A model generated the notes under the pieces. The model saw only the letters and a program-made list of their open reading frames with translations. It was not told the origin of the DNA and did no database searches. Shown here piece by piece: positions 54,298 to 63,532 of a DNA stretch of 64,000 bases (position 1 is its first letter; the number at the start of each line of letters is the position of its first letter). The position numbers and the translations under genes are program-made. Origin of the DNA: Candidatus Moraniibacteriota bacterium (GTDB lineage Bacteria; Patescibacteriota; Minisyncoccia; Moranbacterales; UBA1568); contig CP064975.1 of the NCBI GenBank assembly GCA_016699425.1, positions 130,979 to 194,978 of the forward strand, given 5' to 3'.

Positions 54298-54586
54298 TCG
54301 AGATAGAAGGCTTGAATCCCTGAGAGAGAAAGCCGTACCGAAGTTTGTATGCCCCAAGGTGTCAGCGAATATGCTGGGCACGCGGCGACACAAAAGATAG
54401 AGCCGTACCGTTTTTCTCTCACGGATTCAAGAATTGACCGTTCCTTGCTCACAGGCTGTGCTACGAGACGAGTGGATGGACCGATGCCGCTTTCCAAGTG
54501 TCAAGGAAGGCCGTAGCTGTCCGTTCGCTCACTCTTTGTGGTAGCGAAGAGAATTTTCCCGCAACTGACCGAAAGGAGGTCGCCAC
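54298..54586 (+). ncRNA. Candidate ~290-nt structured 5' leader or sRNA between a strong promoter and a perfect-SD ATG at 54587
   Basis: Long-range complementary arms (CTTGAATCCCTGAGAGAGAAAGCCGTACCG at about 54307-54340 and AGCCGTACCGTTTTTCTCTCACGGATTCAAG at about 54401-54432) with AGCCGTACCG repeated. The ORF downstream of the SD (AAAGGAGGT) is basic, low-complexity and runs antisense into the VOC gene. Confidence 0.3.
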
Positions 54587-54698
54587 ATGTCCGCCCATGA
54601 ATACGCCATATTGAAAGCGCATCGCCATCGTAGACACCCCTTGAACAAGATTCGTTGGGGTGTTCACTTTTTATGGCGCTTAAGGACACTTGAGAGAT

Positions 54699-55139
54699 TC
54701 AGAGTGCGAGTGGCCGCGTCGGTCGTGCGACCGCACCGGGATCGGTCTTCCATTCGTCCGAGACATCGACGTAGAGTTCGAGCTCATTGCCATCGGGATC
54801 GAGTATGTACAGGCTGTGCGTCACCGTGTGATCAGCCAGACCGATAATCGTCACGCCAGCCTTTTCGAGCTCGGCCTTTGCCTGTCGCAATTCCTCGTCC
54901 GTGTTGCCGATTTTCAAACCAATATGGTAGAGGCCGGGTTCGGGTACGTGTTTGGGCCGGGGAATGCCACCAATACCGATGAGGAGTAATTCGTGATGGG
55001 TCCGGCCGGTGGTGAAGAGCGCCGCGCCAGGCATGTCGCTCGCGATTTCGGGAAAGCCGAGCGTATCGCGATAGAATGTGCGGGAGCGCTCGAGATCCGA
55101 GACATACAGGACGATATGGCCGAGTTCGTGGATGTTCAT
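54699..55139 (-). CDS. VOC-family protein (glyoxalase/bleomycin-resistance/dioxygenase fold)
   Basis: 146 aa with paired beta-alpha-beta-beta-beta modules (HIVLYVSDLERSRTFYRDTLGF...HIGLKIGNTDE...LYILDPDGNELELY). Confidence 0.75.
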   Translation of the reverse strand: MNIHELGHIVLYVSDLERSRTFYRDTLGFPEIASDMPGAALFTTGRTHHELLLIGIGGIPRPKHVPEPGLYHIGLKIGNTDEELRQAKAELEKAGVTIIGLADHTVTHSLYILDPDGNELELYVDVSDEWKTDPGAVARPTRPLAL

Positions 55140-55246
55140 AATGATCCGACTAACGGGTAAAAGGTTTGTGTTTTCAAGAGCTTGGGGAACGCCATCCCCA
55201 GCATATCTGCCTCTGACAGTATTGGGAAGCCTCCTTTGACGATTGG

Positions 55247-56023
55247 TTGGAGAATGGCTACAATGGTTTCGTTATGCCCAATTCCCTGCTGAAATTCAGA
55301 AACAAGGTCCAGGTCGCGGACGGCACCTGGGCATTTCACTTTGAGAAGCCGGCAGACTTCACTTTTGAAGCCGGACAATATGTCGCGCTTGTTTTGCCAC
55401 GTCTCCTCGTACCAGACAAACGCGGTCCGGTCCGCTCACTTTCGATCTGCTCGGCCCCGTCCGAAGCTGACTTGATGTTTGCTGTCCGTATCACCGACAG
55501 CGGTTTCAAGCAGACACTCATGTCGCTCGAGCCGGGCGAAGTCGCTCAGGCGACGCCACCCATTGGACATTTCACTTTGTCGCATGCGGCGGATGGGAAA
55601 CGGGTCGTATTCCTGGCTGGCGGTATCGGGATCACGCCGGTGAGGAGTATCTTGATAGAGGCGGCCCAGGCGCAAGTAGTTCGGCCGTTCACTTGTTTCT
55701 ACTCGAACCGGATGCCGAAGGACGCGGCGTTCCATGAAGAATTGAAAACCCTCTCGCTCCCAGACTATTCCTATGTGGCGACTTTTACCCAGGAGACGTC
55801 GGTCAGTACCGGAGCTGCTGATGAGCGCGGCTACATCACTGCGGAAATGCTCCGCAAGTATGTGCCCGCCGGAGAGATCTTGACGAGCTGGTACTATCTC
55901 GTCGGTACGCCGGCGTTTGTCGAGGCGATGGAGGCGATGCTCGAGAGCATGGGAATCCTGAAGGACCGTTGTGTGAATGATCTGTTCACCGGTATGACGT
56001 CCGTAACGCAGGCTGTGAAGTAG
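55247..56023 (+). CDS. Ferredoxin-NADP reductase-like FAD/NAD(P)-binding oxidoreductase
   Basis: FAD-binding beta-barrel (RSLSICSAP, an RxYS-type motif) plus an NAD(P)-binding domain (VVFLAGGIGITP). Confidence 0.65.
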   Translation: MENGYNGFVMPNSLLKFRNKVQVADGTWAFHFEKPADFTFEAGQYVALVLPRLLVPDKRGPVRSLSICSAPSEADLMFAVRITDSGFKQTLMSLEPGEVAQATPPIGHFTLSHAADGKRVVFLAGGIGITPVRSILIEAAQAQVVRPFTCFYSNRMPKDAAFHEELKTLSLPDYSYVATFTQETSVSTGAADERGYITAEMLRKYVPAGEILTSWYYLVGTPAFVEAMEAMLESMGILKDRCVNDLFTGMTSVTQAVK

Positions 56024-56105
56024 GCTGATCGCGAGAACCCTCCTTCGCTCATGTAGCATGAGCTTGGGCGGGTAAATAGTACCGTTGTGTAGATAGCCAG
56101 AACAA

Positions 56106-56176
56106 GCGGGATTAGTATAATGGTAGTACATCACCCTTCCAAGGTGAGGGCGCCGGTTCGATTCCGGTATCCCGCT
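56106..56176 (+). tRNA. tRNA-Gly (anticodon TCC)
   Basis: Acceptor GCGGGAT/ATCCCGC, D-arm GTAT-AATGGTA-GTAC, anticodon stem TCACC/GGTGA, loop CTTCCAA, T-arm GCCGG-TTCGATT-CCGGT. Confidence 0.8.
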
Positions 56177-56194
56177 CAAAGAACGTAGTGTGAC

Positions 56195-56290
56195 TCGCGG
56201 GTTCCCTGCCCGCCGGCAGGCGGGGATTCCCGTCTCTCGCTCACGGTATGGCAGGCGGGGATTCCGGTATCCTCTCAAGATACGATAAAC
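56195..56290 (+). repeat. Hairpin (CCCTGCCCGCCGGCAGGCGGGG) plus two tandem degenerate copies of the tRNA-Gly 3' end (T-loop to CA)
   Basis: GGCAGGCGGGGATTCCCGTCTCTCGCTCA and GGCAGGCGGGGATTCCGGTATCCTCTCA both parallel the tRNA 3' segment GATTCCGGTATCCCGCTCA. Confidence 0.55.
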
Positions 56291-56364
56291 TCAATACAAT
56301 TAAGAGATTCCCGCTTGCCCTGCCAAAGCTTGCAGAGCGGTGGCGGGTCTCTCGCTCAGTGTAA

Positions 56365-57678
56365 TTGCCTCGCTCGAGGTTTTTTTTGTTTCTGCGGTAT
56401 ACTAACAACACCAATATGCTTGCCTTTCGCCAAAACATGGACCGGAGGGAAAAGCGTTTTCTTTCCTTTCAGGCCCTCATCGTTGCCCTTATTGTGGTCT
56501 TTGCTTTGGGCGGGACCTATCTCTTCATGCGGCCGAAGCCGGCTCCGGCAGTGGAGCCAGCGCCGAATCCGCAGCCACTGTCCGAGTGGGTGAATCCGGC
56601 GGTCGTCTGGGATGAGGCTGCTGGGGAAGCCGAAGAGGCTGAAAAACCGATTGAGGAATTGCTCGAGTTGCCGCCCTTGCCTCCGCCTCCACCGCCATCG
56701 ATGGATCGGATGAAGTACAAGGGTTGCGTGGCGGATGGCTTTCTCTCGGGTTACGGTGATGATATCAACAGCGCCATCGCGCTCGTCAATCGGTCCGAAT
56801 GCTACTACTTGCACCGCGCGCTCGAGACGTGGCTCAAGCCGCCGGATTTCAAGTTGGCCCGGAAGATCGTCTCGAAGATCGAACGCAAGGATATCGTCTA
56901 TGGCATGTTCATCGCCGAGGCGATCTCAACGAATGAGGATTATTATTTCCCGGCCGAGGAGCGCGAGTTTGAGTTCAAGGAGATGTGTCGCAACGGGACG
57001 AAGAACGTGTGGGGTGAACACACCTGCAAGCCATCCTTTGAACGACTCGAATATCGCAAGTACCTGAAATACATCACCGAGCGAGCGATGGATATGGGTG
57101 TTCAGAGCTTTCTGTTCGGGCAAATATTTTATCAGGAGAAGAGTGATCTGTCTCAGGCGATCATCCCGGATATCATCCGCGGAATGCGTGAGTATGCGGA
57201 GTTTCGCGGGATGGAGATCATCATTGGGGCACAGACAAACGATATCACCGATCCGACGTATCTCGGCTATTTTGATTTTATCGAAGGCGGGGTGGGGATT
57301 GACAGCACGGGTGAAGTTCAGGACAACTCATGCCATAGCCGCTGGTGGCAAGAGCCGGGCGACTGGTGTTGGGCGCTCCTCTGGCATCCAACCTACAAGG
57401 ACAAGGCGAAAAATGTTTTCGTTCATTTCGATTGGAGCGGGAAGATTGGTGATGATATGAGCGTCTTCACCCGGATGAGTCAGGACCGGCGAGCGAGTAC
57501 GATGCGTCGGCTCCATGACCGTTTCCGTCGGGAACGGGTCGGTTTCCTCCTGCCACTCATGGCGACACTCCACCGTGAGAACAATGGTTGTTACGGGCCA
57601 AAGAAACGCTACTATTCAGCTCATCGCAAGTACTCGTGCCAGGATGAGGACGCCATCAATGACATCCTGAAAAAGTGA
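56365..57678 (+). CDS. Hypothetical membrane-anchored protein with a poly-Pro linker (alternative starts 56416/56437)
   Basis: N-terminal TM (ALIVALIVVFALGG), a Pro-rich linker (LPPLPPPPPPS) and a ~330-aa Cys/Trp-rich domain. No motif recognised. Confidence 0.5.
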   Translation: MPRSRFFLFLRYTNNTNMLAFRQNMDRREKRFLSFQALIVALIVVFALGGTYLFMRPKPAPAVEPAPNPQPLSEWVNPAVVWDEAAGEAEEAEKPIEELLELPPLPPPPPPSMDRMKYKGCVADGFLSGYGDDINSAIALVNRSECYYLHRALETWLKPPDFKLARKIVSKIERKDIVYGMFIAEAISTNEDYYFPAEEREFEFKEMCRNGTKNVWGEHTCKPSFERLEYRKYLKYITERAMDMGVQSFLFGQIFYQEKSDLSQAIIPDIIRGMREYAEFRGMEIIIGAQTNDITDPTYLGYFDFIEGGVGIDSTGEVQDNSCHSRWWQEPGDWCWALLWHPTYKDKAKNVFVHFDWSGKIGDDMSVFTRMSQDRRASTMRRLHDRFRRERVGFLLPLMATLHRENNGCYGPKKRYYSAHRKYSCQDEDAINDILKK

Positions 57679-57748
57679 GTCGGGCGAGACAGTGCACCCT
57701 GGTATATCAACACACCCGGGGCATGGGTGGGGTGATATACTGAAGACT

Positions 57749-58090
57749 ATGGATGAACCTCTCCCGACCAAGCGTTTTCAGAAATGTGCTGAGGATTTCC
57801 GTTGCGCCCAGTGCTCGTTCCATGTCGTTGGTAATGGGTTTACCAATCACTGCCCGCGCTGCCTCTACAGCCAGCATGTTGATATTCACCCCGGTGATCG
57901 TACAGCGGTATGTGGCGGGATGATGGCGCCGGTCGGTATCGAGCCCTTCGGTCATGGATGGAAGATCCTGCACCGTTGCCAGACCTGTGGCCATGAGCGC
58001 AAGAATAAGGTCGTCGCAGCCGATGATTTTGAGGCCGTGCTCGCGCTTCAGCAGGCAGCCAATCGGAAGCGGTTCTATACTGGGAGGTGA
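57749..58090 (+). CDS. RNHCP-domain protein (zinc-ribbon family)
   Basis: FRCAQC...GFTNHCPRC...CQTCGH contains the RNHCP signature (FTNHCP) and two CxxC pairs. Confidence 0.65.
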   Translation: MDEPLPTKRFQKCAEDFRCAQCSFHVVGNGFTNHCPRCLYSQHVDIHPGDRTAVCGGMMAPVGIEPFGHGWKILHRCQTCGHERKNKVVAADDFEAVLALQQAANRKRFYTGR

Positions 58091-58216
58091 ACGCTGTGCG
58101 TTGCACTGAGACTTATTTCCTTCGGTGGCAGTGAGAGAGCAGGTAGGGAGAAAAAAATAAAAAATAATGGCGACGGATATTCCTGCGTGGAATATCGAAA
58201 GGCTACATAACCAGGT

Positions 58217-60751
58217 ATGCAGTGGAAAAAGATGGCTCTGCCGGAGTCGGAAGACATCATCATCGAGCTCGGCTCGCGGAAAAGCGGCCTGTCACAGGCA
58301 GAAGTCCGGGAACGGCTCAATGAATACGGTCCGAATCGCCTGACGGAAGAGGTTTCGCCGTGGCCGGCGATGCTCAAGCGACGCTTCCGCTCGTCTTTTC
58401 TTTACCTATTGCTTGCGGCGGCGCTTCTGTCGTTCATTCTCGGCGAGCGGCTCGAGGCCGCGCTCATCCTCGTCTTCGTCTTCATCAATGTCGCGCTCGA
58501 GAGCTATCAGGAATATCATTCGGAACAGAGTATCCGTCTCCTCCGCCGATACCTCGTCTCGCATGTACGGGTTCGGCGGGGAGGGGAAGTTCTCTTGGTC
58601 GAAAATGAAAGCGTCGTACCCGGGGATATCGTGCTGGTCGAAGCGGGGGATCGTTTAGCGGCGGATATCCGATTCATTTCTTCGACCGCACTCATGCTCG
58701 ATGAGAGTGTGATGAGTGGTGAGTCAGTACCGGTCGCGAAGACACATGCTCCGCTCATTTTTCCTAAGGCGGAGCAGTCAGAAGCGGCAAATATCGGATT
58801 TGCCGGAACCGTCGTTACCTCGGGCCGTGGAGAAGGTATCGTCATTGCGACTGGTAAGGAGACATCGCTTGGAGATATCGCGACCATGACCGAAGAACCG
58901 CGTCATGAGACGACCTTCGAAAAGGGGATCAATCATTTCAGTCGCTTCATCCTTCGTCTCGTCGCTGGGACACTGTTCTTCATTTTCATCGCCAATATTT
59001 TCCTCCGGCGTGGGGAGACGAATGTGGCTGAGTTGCTTATTTTCTCCTTGGCACTGGCTGTCTCCGTCATCCCCGAGGCGCTACCCGTTATCACGACCGT
59101 GACGCTTTCACGCGGGTCGATCCGTCTGGCCCAGAAGAAGGTTGTTGTGAAGCGCTTGTCAGCGATCGAGGATCTGGGCAGCATCAGCGTCTTGTGCACG
59201 GACAAGACCGGAACACTGACCGAGAATGCGCTGGCGGTGGCAGATGTGCAGGCAGTTGATCGCGCGGCCTGTCTCCGTATGGCGAGTATCGCCTCGGTTC
59301 AGACGCCGATCAATCGTGCGCTTTTGCATGACCCGTTTGATCTCGCCATCTGGCACGCGCTCTCGGAAGCGGAAAAGATCAGCGTGGCGGGCGTCGCCCG
59401 GATCGATTCACTCCCGTTCGATCCAGGACGTCGCCGCAACAGCGTGTTGGTTCAGCTCGAACGAAAGACGACCTTGATCGTGCGGGGGGCGTTCGAGGAA
59501 ATCATCGGGCGTTGCGCTGATCTCTCGGATTCAGATCGATCCCGCCTCATCGGCTGGGGGAATGCTGCGGGCAAAGAAGGGAAACGCGTGCTTGCAGTCG
59601 CGACCCGGTTGTTGCCAAGGAAACGTGTCATCAATGCTACAGCTGAGGACGCCTTAACCTATGTGGGGATGGTCGCCTTCCTCGATCCACTCAAGAAATC
59701 TGCCACCAAGACTATCTCTGACGCTCGGGCGCTCGGTATCTCGGTGAAGATCCTTACTGGGGATAGCCTCGATGTGGCCGCAGCGGTCGCCAAATCCGTC
59801 GGATTGGTGAATGACGTCGCTGAGGAGGTTATCACCGGAGCTGAGTTGGAGGCCCTTTCGGCGGCGCTCCAGCGGGAGCAAGTCGAGCGCTGTCATGTCT
59901 TCGCTCGGGTATCGCCCCAGCAGAAGCACCTCATCATCAGTCTCTTGCAAGAGAAACACGAGGTCGGATTCCTCGGCGAAGGCATTAACGATGCGCCGGC
60001 GCTGAAACTGGCGAATGTCGGGCTTGTTGTCCAGGGCGCGGCGGACATCGCCAAAGAAGCAGCGGATATCGTCCTCCTCCAGCGTAACCTGGGCACGGTC
60101 ATCGAGGGTGTGCGGGAAGGACGGATCATCTTTGCGAATATCCTGAAGTATCTCCGTATTACGCTCACTTCAAACTTCGGAAACTTCTATTCTGTCGCGC
60201 TCGCGTCTCTATTCCTTCCATTTGTCCCGCTCTTACCGATTCAGATCCTCCTCCTCAACCTTTTGTCAGATTTCCCGATGATCGCTGTTGCGACTGACAA
60301 TGTCGATCAGGAGGAACTCGGAAACCCGCGCTCTTATCAGGTCGGTTCGGTGGTCCTCATGACCATTTTTTTCGGTTTTGTAAGTTCGCTCTTCGATTTT
60401 GCACTTTTCGCGATGTTCTACCGCGAGGGAGCGCCGGCGCTTCAGACAGCATGGTTCATGCTCTCGCTTGTGACGGAGATCATCCTGATCTTTTCGCTTC
60501 GGACCAAGTCATTTTTCCTCGCCGCCCGGCGGCCTTCGTGGGCGCTCATCGGACTCTCCTTCCTCGCACTTGTAGCAGCTTTTGGAGTTGTCGAAACGAG
60601 GGTCGGGCGAGAGGTATTACACTTTTCCCCCGAGAGCGGGCACATCATCATGGTTGTGATGATGCTCGCGGGGCTCTACTTCGTCGCCACGGAGGGGGTG
60701 AAGCGCTACTATGTCCGTCACTTTGAGGCCGCTCGAGGCAAAGCTATATGA
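58217..60751 (+). CDS. Cation-transporting P-type ATPase (MgtA/Ca-ATPase-like, type II/III)
   Basis: 844 aa with CTDKTGTLTEN phosphorylation motif, TGDSLDVAAAVAKSVGL, GEGINDAPALK and about 10 TM helices. Confidence 0.9.
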   Translation: MQWKKMALPESEDIIIELGSRKSGLSQAEVRERLNEYGPNRLTEEVSPWPAMLKRRFRSSFLYLLLAAALLSFILGERLEAALILVFVFINVALESYQEYHSEQSIRLLRRYLVSHVRVRRGGEVLLVENESVVPGDIVLVEAGDRLAADIRFISSTALMLDESVMSGESVPVAKTHAPLIFPKAEQSEAANIGFAGTVVTSGRGEGIVIATGKETSLGDIATMTEEPRHETTFEKGINHFSRFILRLVAGTLFFIFIANIFLRRGETNVAELLIFSLALAVSVIPEALPVITTVTLSRGSIRLAQKKVVVKRLSAIEDLGSISVLCTDKTGTLTENALAVADVQAVDRAACLRMASIASVQTPINRALLHDPFDLAIWHALSEAEKISVAGVARIDSLPFDPGRRRNSVLVQLERKTTLIVRGAFEEIIGRCADLSDSDRSRLIGWGNAAGKEGKRVLAVATRLLPRKRVINATAEDALTYVGMVAFLDPLKKSATKTISDARALGISVKILTGDSLDVAAAVAKSVGLVNDVAEEVITGAELEALSAALQREQVERCHVFARVSPQQKHLIISLLQEKHEVGFLGEGINDAPALKLANVGLVVQGAADIAKEAADIVLLQRNLGTVIEGVREGRIIFANILKYLRITLTSNFGNFYSVALASLFLPFVPLLPIQILLLNLLSDFPMIAVATDNVDQEELGNPRSYQVGSVVLMTIFFGFVSSLFDFALFAMFYREGAPALQTAWFMLSLVTEIILIFSLRTKSFFLAARRPSWALIGLSFLALVAAFGVVETRVGREVLHFSPESGHIIMVVMMLAGLYFVATEGVKRYYVRHFEAARGKAI

Positions 60752-61284
60752 CGGTGCTGCGGCGGGTGTTGGGAGAGAAAATGTATCAGGTTCTCCTCGC
60801 GGGGCTCCTCCTTGCTGCACTCTTGTATCAGAAAGAAACTGGTATCCTTCCTGAGTGGCGTGTCCCGGATGCGATACCAGAGAGTACGGCAGAGGTCCGA
60901 GTCACCCGTGTTATCGATGGCGATACTTTTGAAATCGAAGGCGGGGAACGGGTGCGGCTCATCGGTGTCGATACGCCGGAGAGCGTGAAGCCGAATACGC
61001 CGGTCGAGTGCTATGCGCGGGAGTCGAGCGAGTATCTCAAGGGTTTGATAGAGGGGAAAGCCGTGAGGCTCGAACGTGATCGAACAGACCGCGACCGATA
61101 TGCGCGGCTCTTGCGCTACGTCTATCAGGGCGATGTATTTGTGAACGAGAGAATTGTCCGTGAGGGGTATGCGAAGTCGGTGGCGTATCGTCCGGACATT
61201 CAGAATCAGGCGCGTTTGGACGATGCGGAACGCCAAGCGAAAGCGGAGCAGCAAGGCCGTTGGGCTACCCAGGCTTGTCCGTAG
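60748..61284 (+). CDS. Thermonuclease (SNase-like) family nuclease with N-terminal TM anchor
   Basis: IDGDTFEIEGGERVRLIGVDTPE...RYARLLRYVY matches the SNase OB-fold active-site context. Confidence 0.75.
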   Translation: MTVLRRVLGEKMYQVLLAGLLLAALLYQKETGILPEWRVPDAIPESTAEVRVTRVIDGDTFEIEGGERVRLIGVDTPESVKPNTPVECYARESSEYLKGLIEGKAVRLERDRTDRDRYARLLRYVYQGDVFVNERIVREGYAKSVAYRPDIQNQARLDDAERQAKAEQQGRWATQACP

Positions 61285-61300
61285 GCGCGTTGCTCGACCG

Positions 61301-61342
61301 CGAAAAACAAAGAGTCCCAGGAACTGAGTGGTTCCTGGGACT
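61301..61342 (-). terminator. Rho-independent terminator (12-bp stem AGTCCCAGGAAC/GTTCCTGGGACT followed by CTTTGTTTTTCG on the minus strand)
   Basis: Perfect 12-bp stem with a U-tract on the minus strand, downstream of 61366..61644. It may also terminate the convergent nuclease gene. Confidence 0.65.
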
Positions 61343-61365
61343 CTCGCCTTCTGACCGATGAGACT

Positions 61366-61644
61366 CTAGAGTTTGCGGCGGAGCTCTTCCTCAACCTTCT
61401 TCAAATTCTCATCTGAGAAGTGGCCTGGCGCATTGGTTTTCAGGTTCTCAACAAGCCGGTCAATTTCTTTCTCTGATATTCCACTTTGCATCCCGTCTTC
61501 ATTCAAATCACCATCCAGCACGGCGCGGACATAACGGATATCATCCTCGGACAGACCGCGATCACGAAGCCTCGGAATGACCGATTCGCGGAATTCTTCT
61601 CGGGTCACCTTTTTGCTGTCGCTGTCACCAAAAAGCCAGAACAT
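61366..61644 (-). CDS. Hypothetical acidic protein (92 aa)
   Basis: Helical, Glu/Asp/Arg-rich ORF upstream of the terminator. Confidence 0.45.
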   Translation of the reverse strand: MFWLFGDSDSKKVTREEFRESVIPRLRDRGLSEDDIRYVRAVLDGDLNEDGMQSGISEKEIDRLVENLKTNAPGHFSDENLKKVEEELRRKL

Positions 61645-61703
61645 AGAGTAAGTCGTTAGTAGTTAGCTGATAGCGTCGGAGAAATTCAAAGTGAGCGACT
61701 CAG

Positions 61704-63437
61704 TTATTTCTTTTCAGTAATTTCAGTTTGGTGGCGACTGAGAAAATCTGACAGTGTCAGGGCCCCGATCTTGCCTTCACTCCGATGCTCGACGCTAAGG
61801 GTCTCAGCAGTGACTTCTTGGTCACCGACGACGACGATGTAAGGGACTTTCTCGACTTTGGCATTGCGGACTTTCTTCCCGAGGGACTCATCACTTCGGT
61901 CGAGTTCGACCCGGATGTCGGATTTCCAGAGCTCGGTCACGATACCTTCGGCATAGGTGAGGTGCTTCTCGCTAATTGGGAGAACCTTCACCTGGACCGG
62001 CGCGAGCCAGAGCGGGAATATGCCTGCGGTGTGCTCGATGTAGACGGAGAGAAAGCGTTCGAGTGATCCAAGGAGTGCCTTGTGAATCATCACCGGCCGT
62101 TTTTCTGCCCCATCAGAGTCGACGTAGGCGAGACCGAAGCGTTCTGGTTGGACAAAATCCAGCTGCACGGTGGCACACTGCCATTCTCGTCCTAAGGAAT
62201 CCCGGACCATGAAATCAATTTTCGGGCCATAGAAGGCGGCTTCTCCTGGGCCGGGAATCGCTTCGAGAGATTCTTCTTTGGCTACTTTCGTTATGACAGA
62301 CTCTGCCAATTCCCAGGTTGCGGCATCGCCTAAGAATTTGTCAGAATCATCGCGGAACGAGAGTCTCGCGTAAAAATCGAGCCGGAGCGTAGTGTAGAGT
62401 TCCTTGACCATGAGGACGACATTTCGAAGTTCCGTTTCCATGTCTTTTTCCTGGCAGAAGACGTGGCCATCGTCCTGAGAAAGCGATCGGACGCGCGCGA
62501 GTCCATGGAGTTCGCCGCTTTTTTCGTCACGGTAATTGGTGGTGTTCTCCATGTAGCGCACGGGGAGTTCGCGATAACTCCAAGGTTTTCTCGCAAAGAG
62601 CTGAGCGTGGTGCGGACAATTCATCGGTTTCAACATGAAAACATCGTCGGATTCAGCGCTTGTCACCTCGAAACGCTCGGGGTATTTCTCATAGTGGCCG
62701 GAGTGTTTGTAGAGCTCGGTGCGAGCCATATGCGGAGTCCAGACTCGTTCGAAACCGTACTTGGCCTGGAGTTCTTGGGAATAGCCAGCGAGCGTGTCGC
62801 GGAGGAAACAGCCTTTGGGAGTGAAGAGCGGAAGGCCGGAACCGACGAGTTCGGAAAGTGTGAAAAGATCAAGCTCTCGGCCTAGCTTGCGATGGTCGCG
62901 CTTCTTGGCTTCTTCTTGCTGGGCGAGATAGGTTCGCAAATCAGTCTCTGTTTCGAAAGCCAGTCCGTACACTCGGGTGAGCATAGGATTCTTCTCATCA
63001 CCCCGCCAATATGCTCCGGCCAAATGAGTGAGCATAAAACTCTGCGCATCAATCTCGCTGGTATTTTCTACATGCCCACCCGCGCAAAGATCGGTAAAGT
63101 CACCGGTTGTGTACAGGGTGATGGGCGTGCCGACCTGAGCTAGATCATCGATGATGGCTAGTTTGAATGGGTTGCCTTTGAAGTGGGTTCGAGCTTCTTC
63201 TACCGAGACATCTTGGCGGACAAAGGGCAGTTTCTTGTTGACCTGCTTGCGCATGGTCTTTTCAAAAGCCCGAAAATCTTCCGGGATAGGTGTTCGGCCT
63301 TCAGAAAATTGAATATCGTAATAGAATCCGTTTTCCGTTACTGGACCGACCGAGAGCAGGGCCTTCGGATCGTGCTCGAGCGCGGCGATGGCCAAGAGGT
63401 GAGCTAGAGAATGTCGTTTTTCTTGTATCGAAGCCAT
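61704..63437 (-). CDS. thrS: Threonine--tRNA ligase, lacking the N-terminal TGS domain (TTG alternative start at 63476)
   Basis: Class II aaRS motifs (HRKLGRELDLF, FRDESS-like motif 2 region, GxGxGxER-type motif 3) and a C-terminal anticodon-binding domain. Confidence 0.9.
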   Translation of the reverse strand: MASIQEKRHSLAHLLAIAALEHDPKALLSVGPVTENGFYYDIQFSEGRTPIPEDFRAFEKTMRKQVNKKLPFVRQDVSVEEARTHFKGNPFKLAIIDDLAQVGTPITLYTTGDFTDLCAGGHVENTSEIDAQSFMLTHLAGAYWRGDEKNPMLTRVYGLAFETETDLRTYLAQQEEAKKRDHRKLGRELDLFTLSELVGSGLPLFTPKGCFLRDTLAGYSQELQAKYGFERVWTPHMARTELYKHSGHYEKYPERFEVTSAESDDVFMLKPMNCPHHAQLFARKPWSYRELPVRYMENTTNYRDEKSGELHGLARVRSLSQDDGHVFCQEKDMETELRNVVLMVKELYTTLRLDFYARLSFRDDSDKFLGDAATWELAESVITKVAKEESLEAIPGPGEAAFYGPKIDFMVRDSLGREWQCATVQLDFVQPERFGLAYVDSDGAEKRPVMIHKALLGSLERFLSVYIEHTAGIFPLWLAPVQVKVLPISEKHLTYAEGIVTELWKSDIRVELDRSDESLGKKVRNAKVEKVPYIVVVGDQEVTAETLSVEHRSEGKIGALTLSDFLSRHQTEITEKK

Positions 63438-63532
63438 AATGCTATGTATCTTAGCCAAAACTGTGACTTTGCGCAAAAAACCGCCCCATCGGAAAGGGCG
63501 GCTTCGGGCGAGGAGTAGCGACAGTCAGAGAA

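Noticed and set aside
54587-54847. 86-aa ORF with a perfect SD, considered as a protein-coding gene
   Set aside because: It is a low-complexity Arg/His-rich sequence and overlaps the convergent VOC gene by about 150 nt. It is kept only as part of a candidate regulatory RNA finding, not as a confident CDS.
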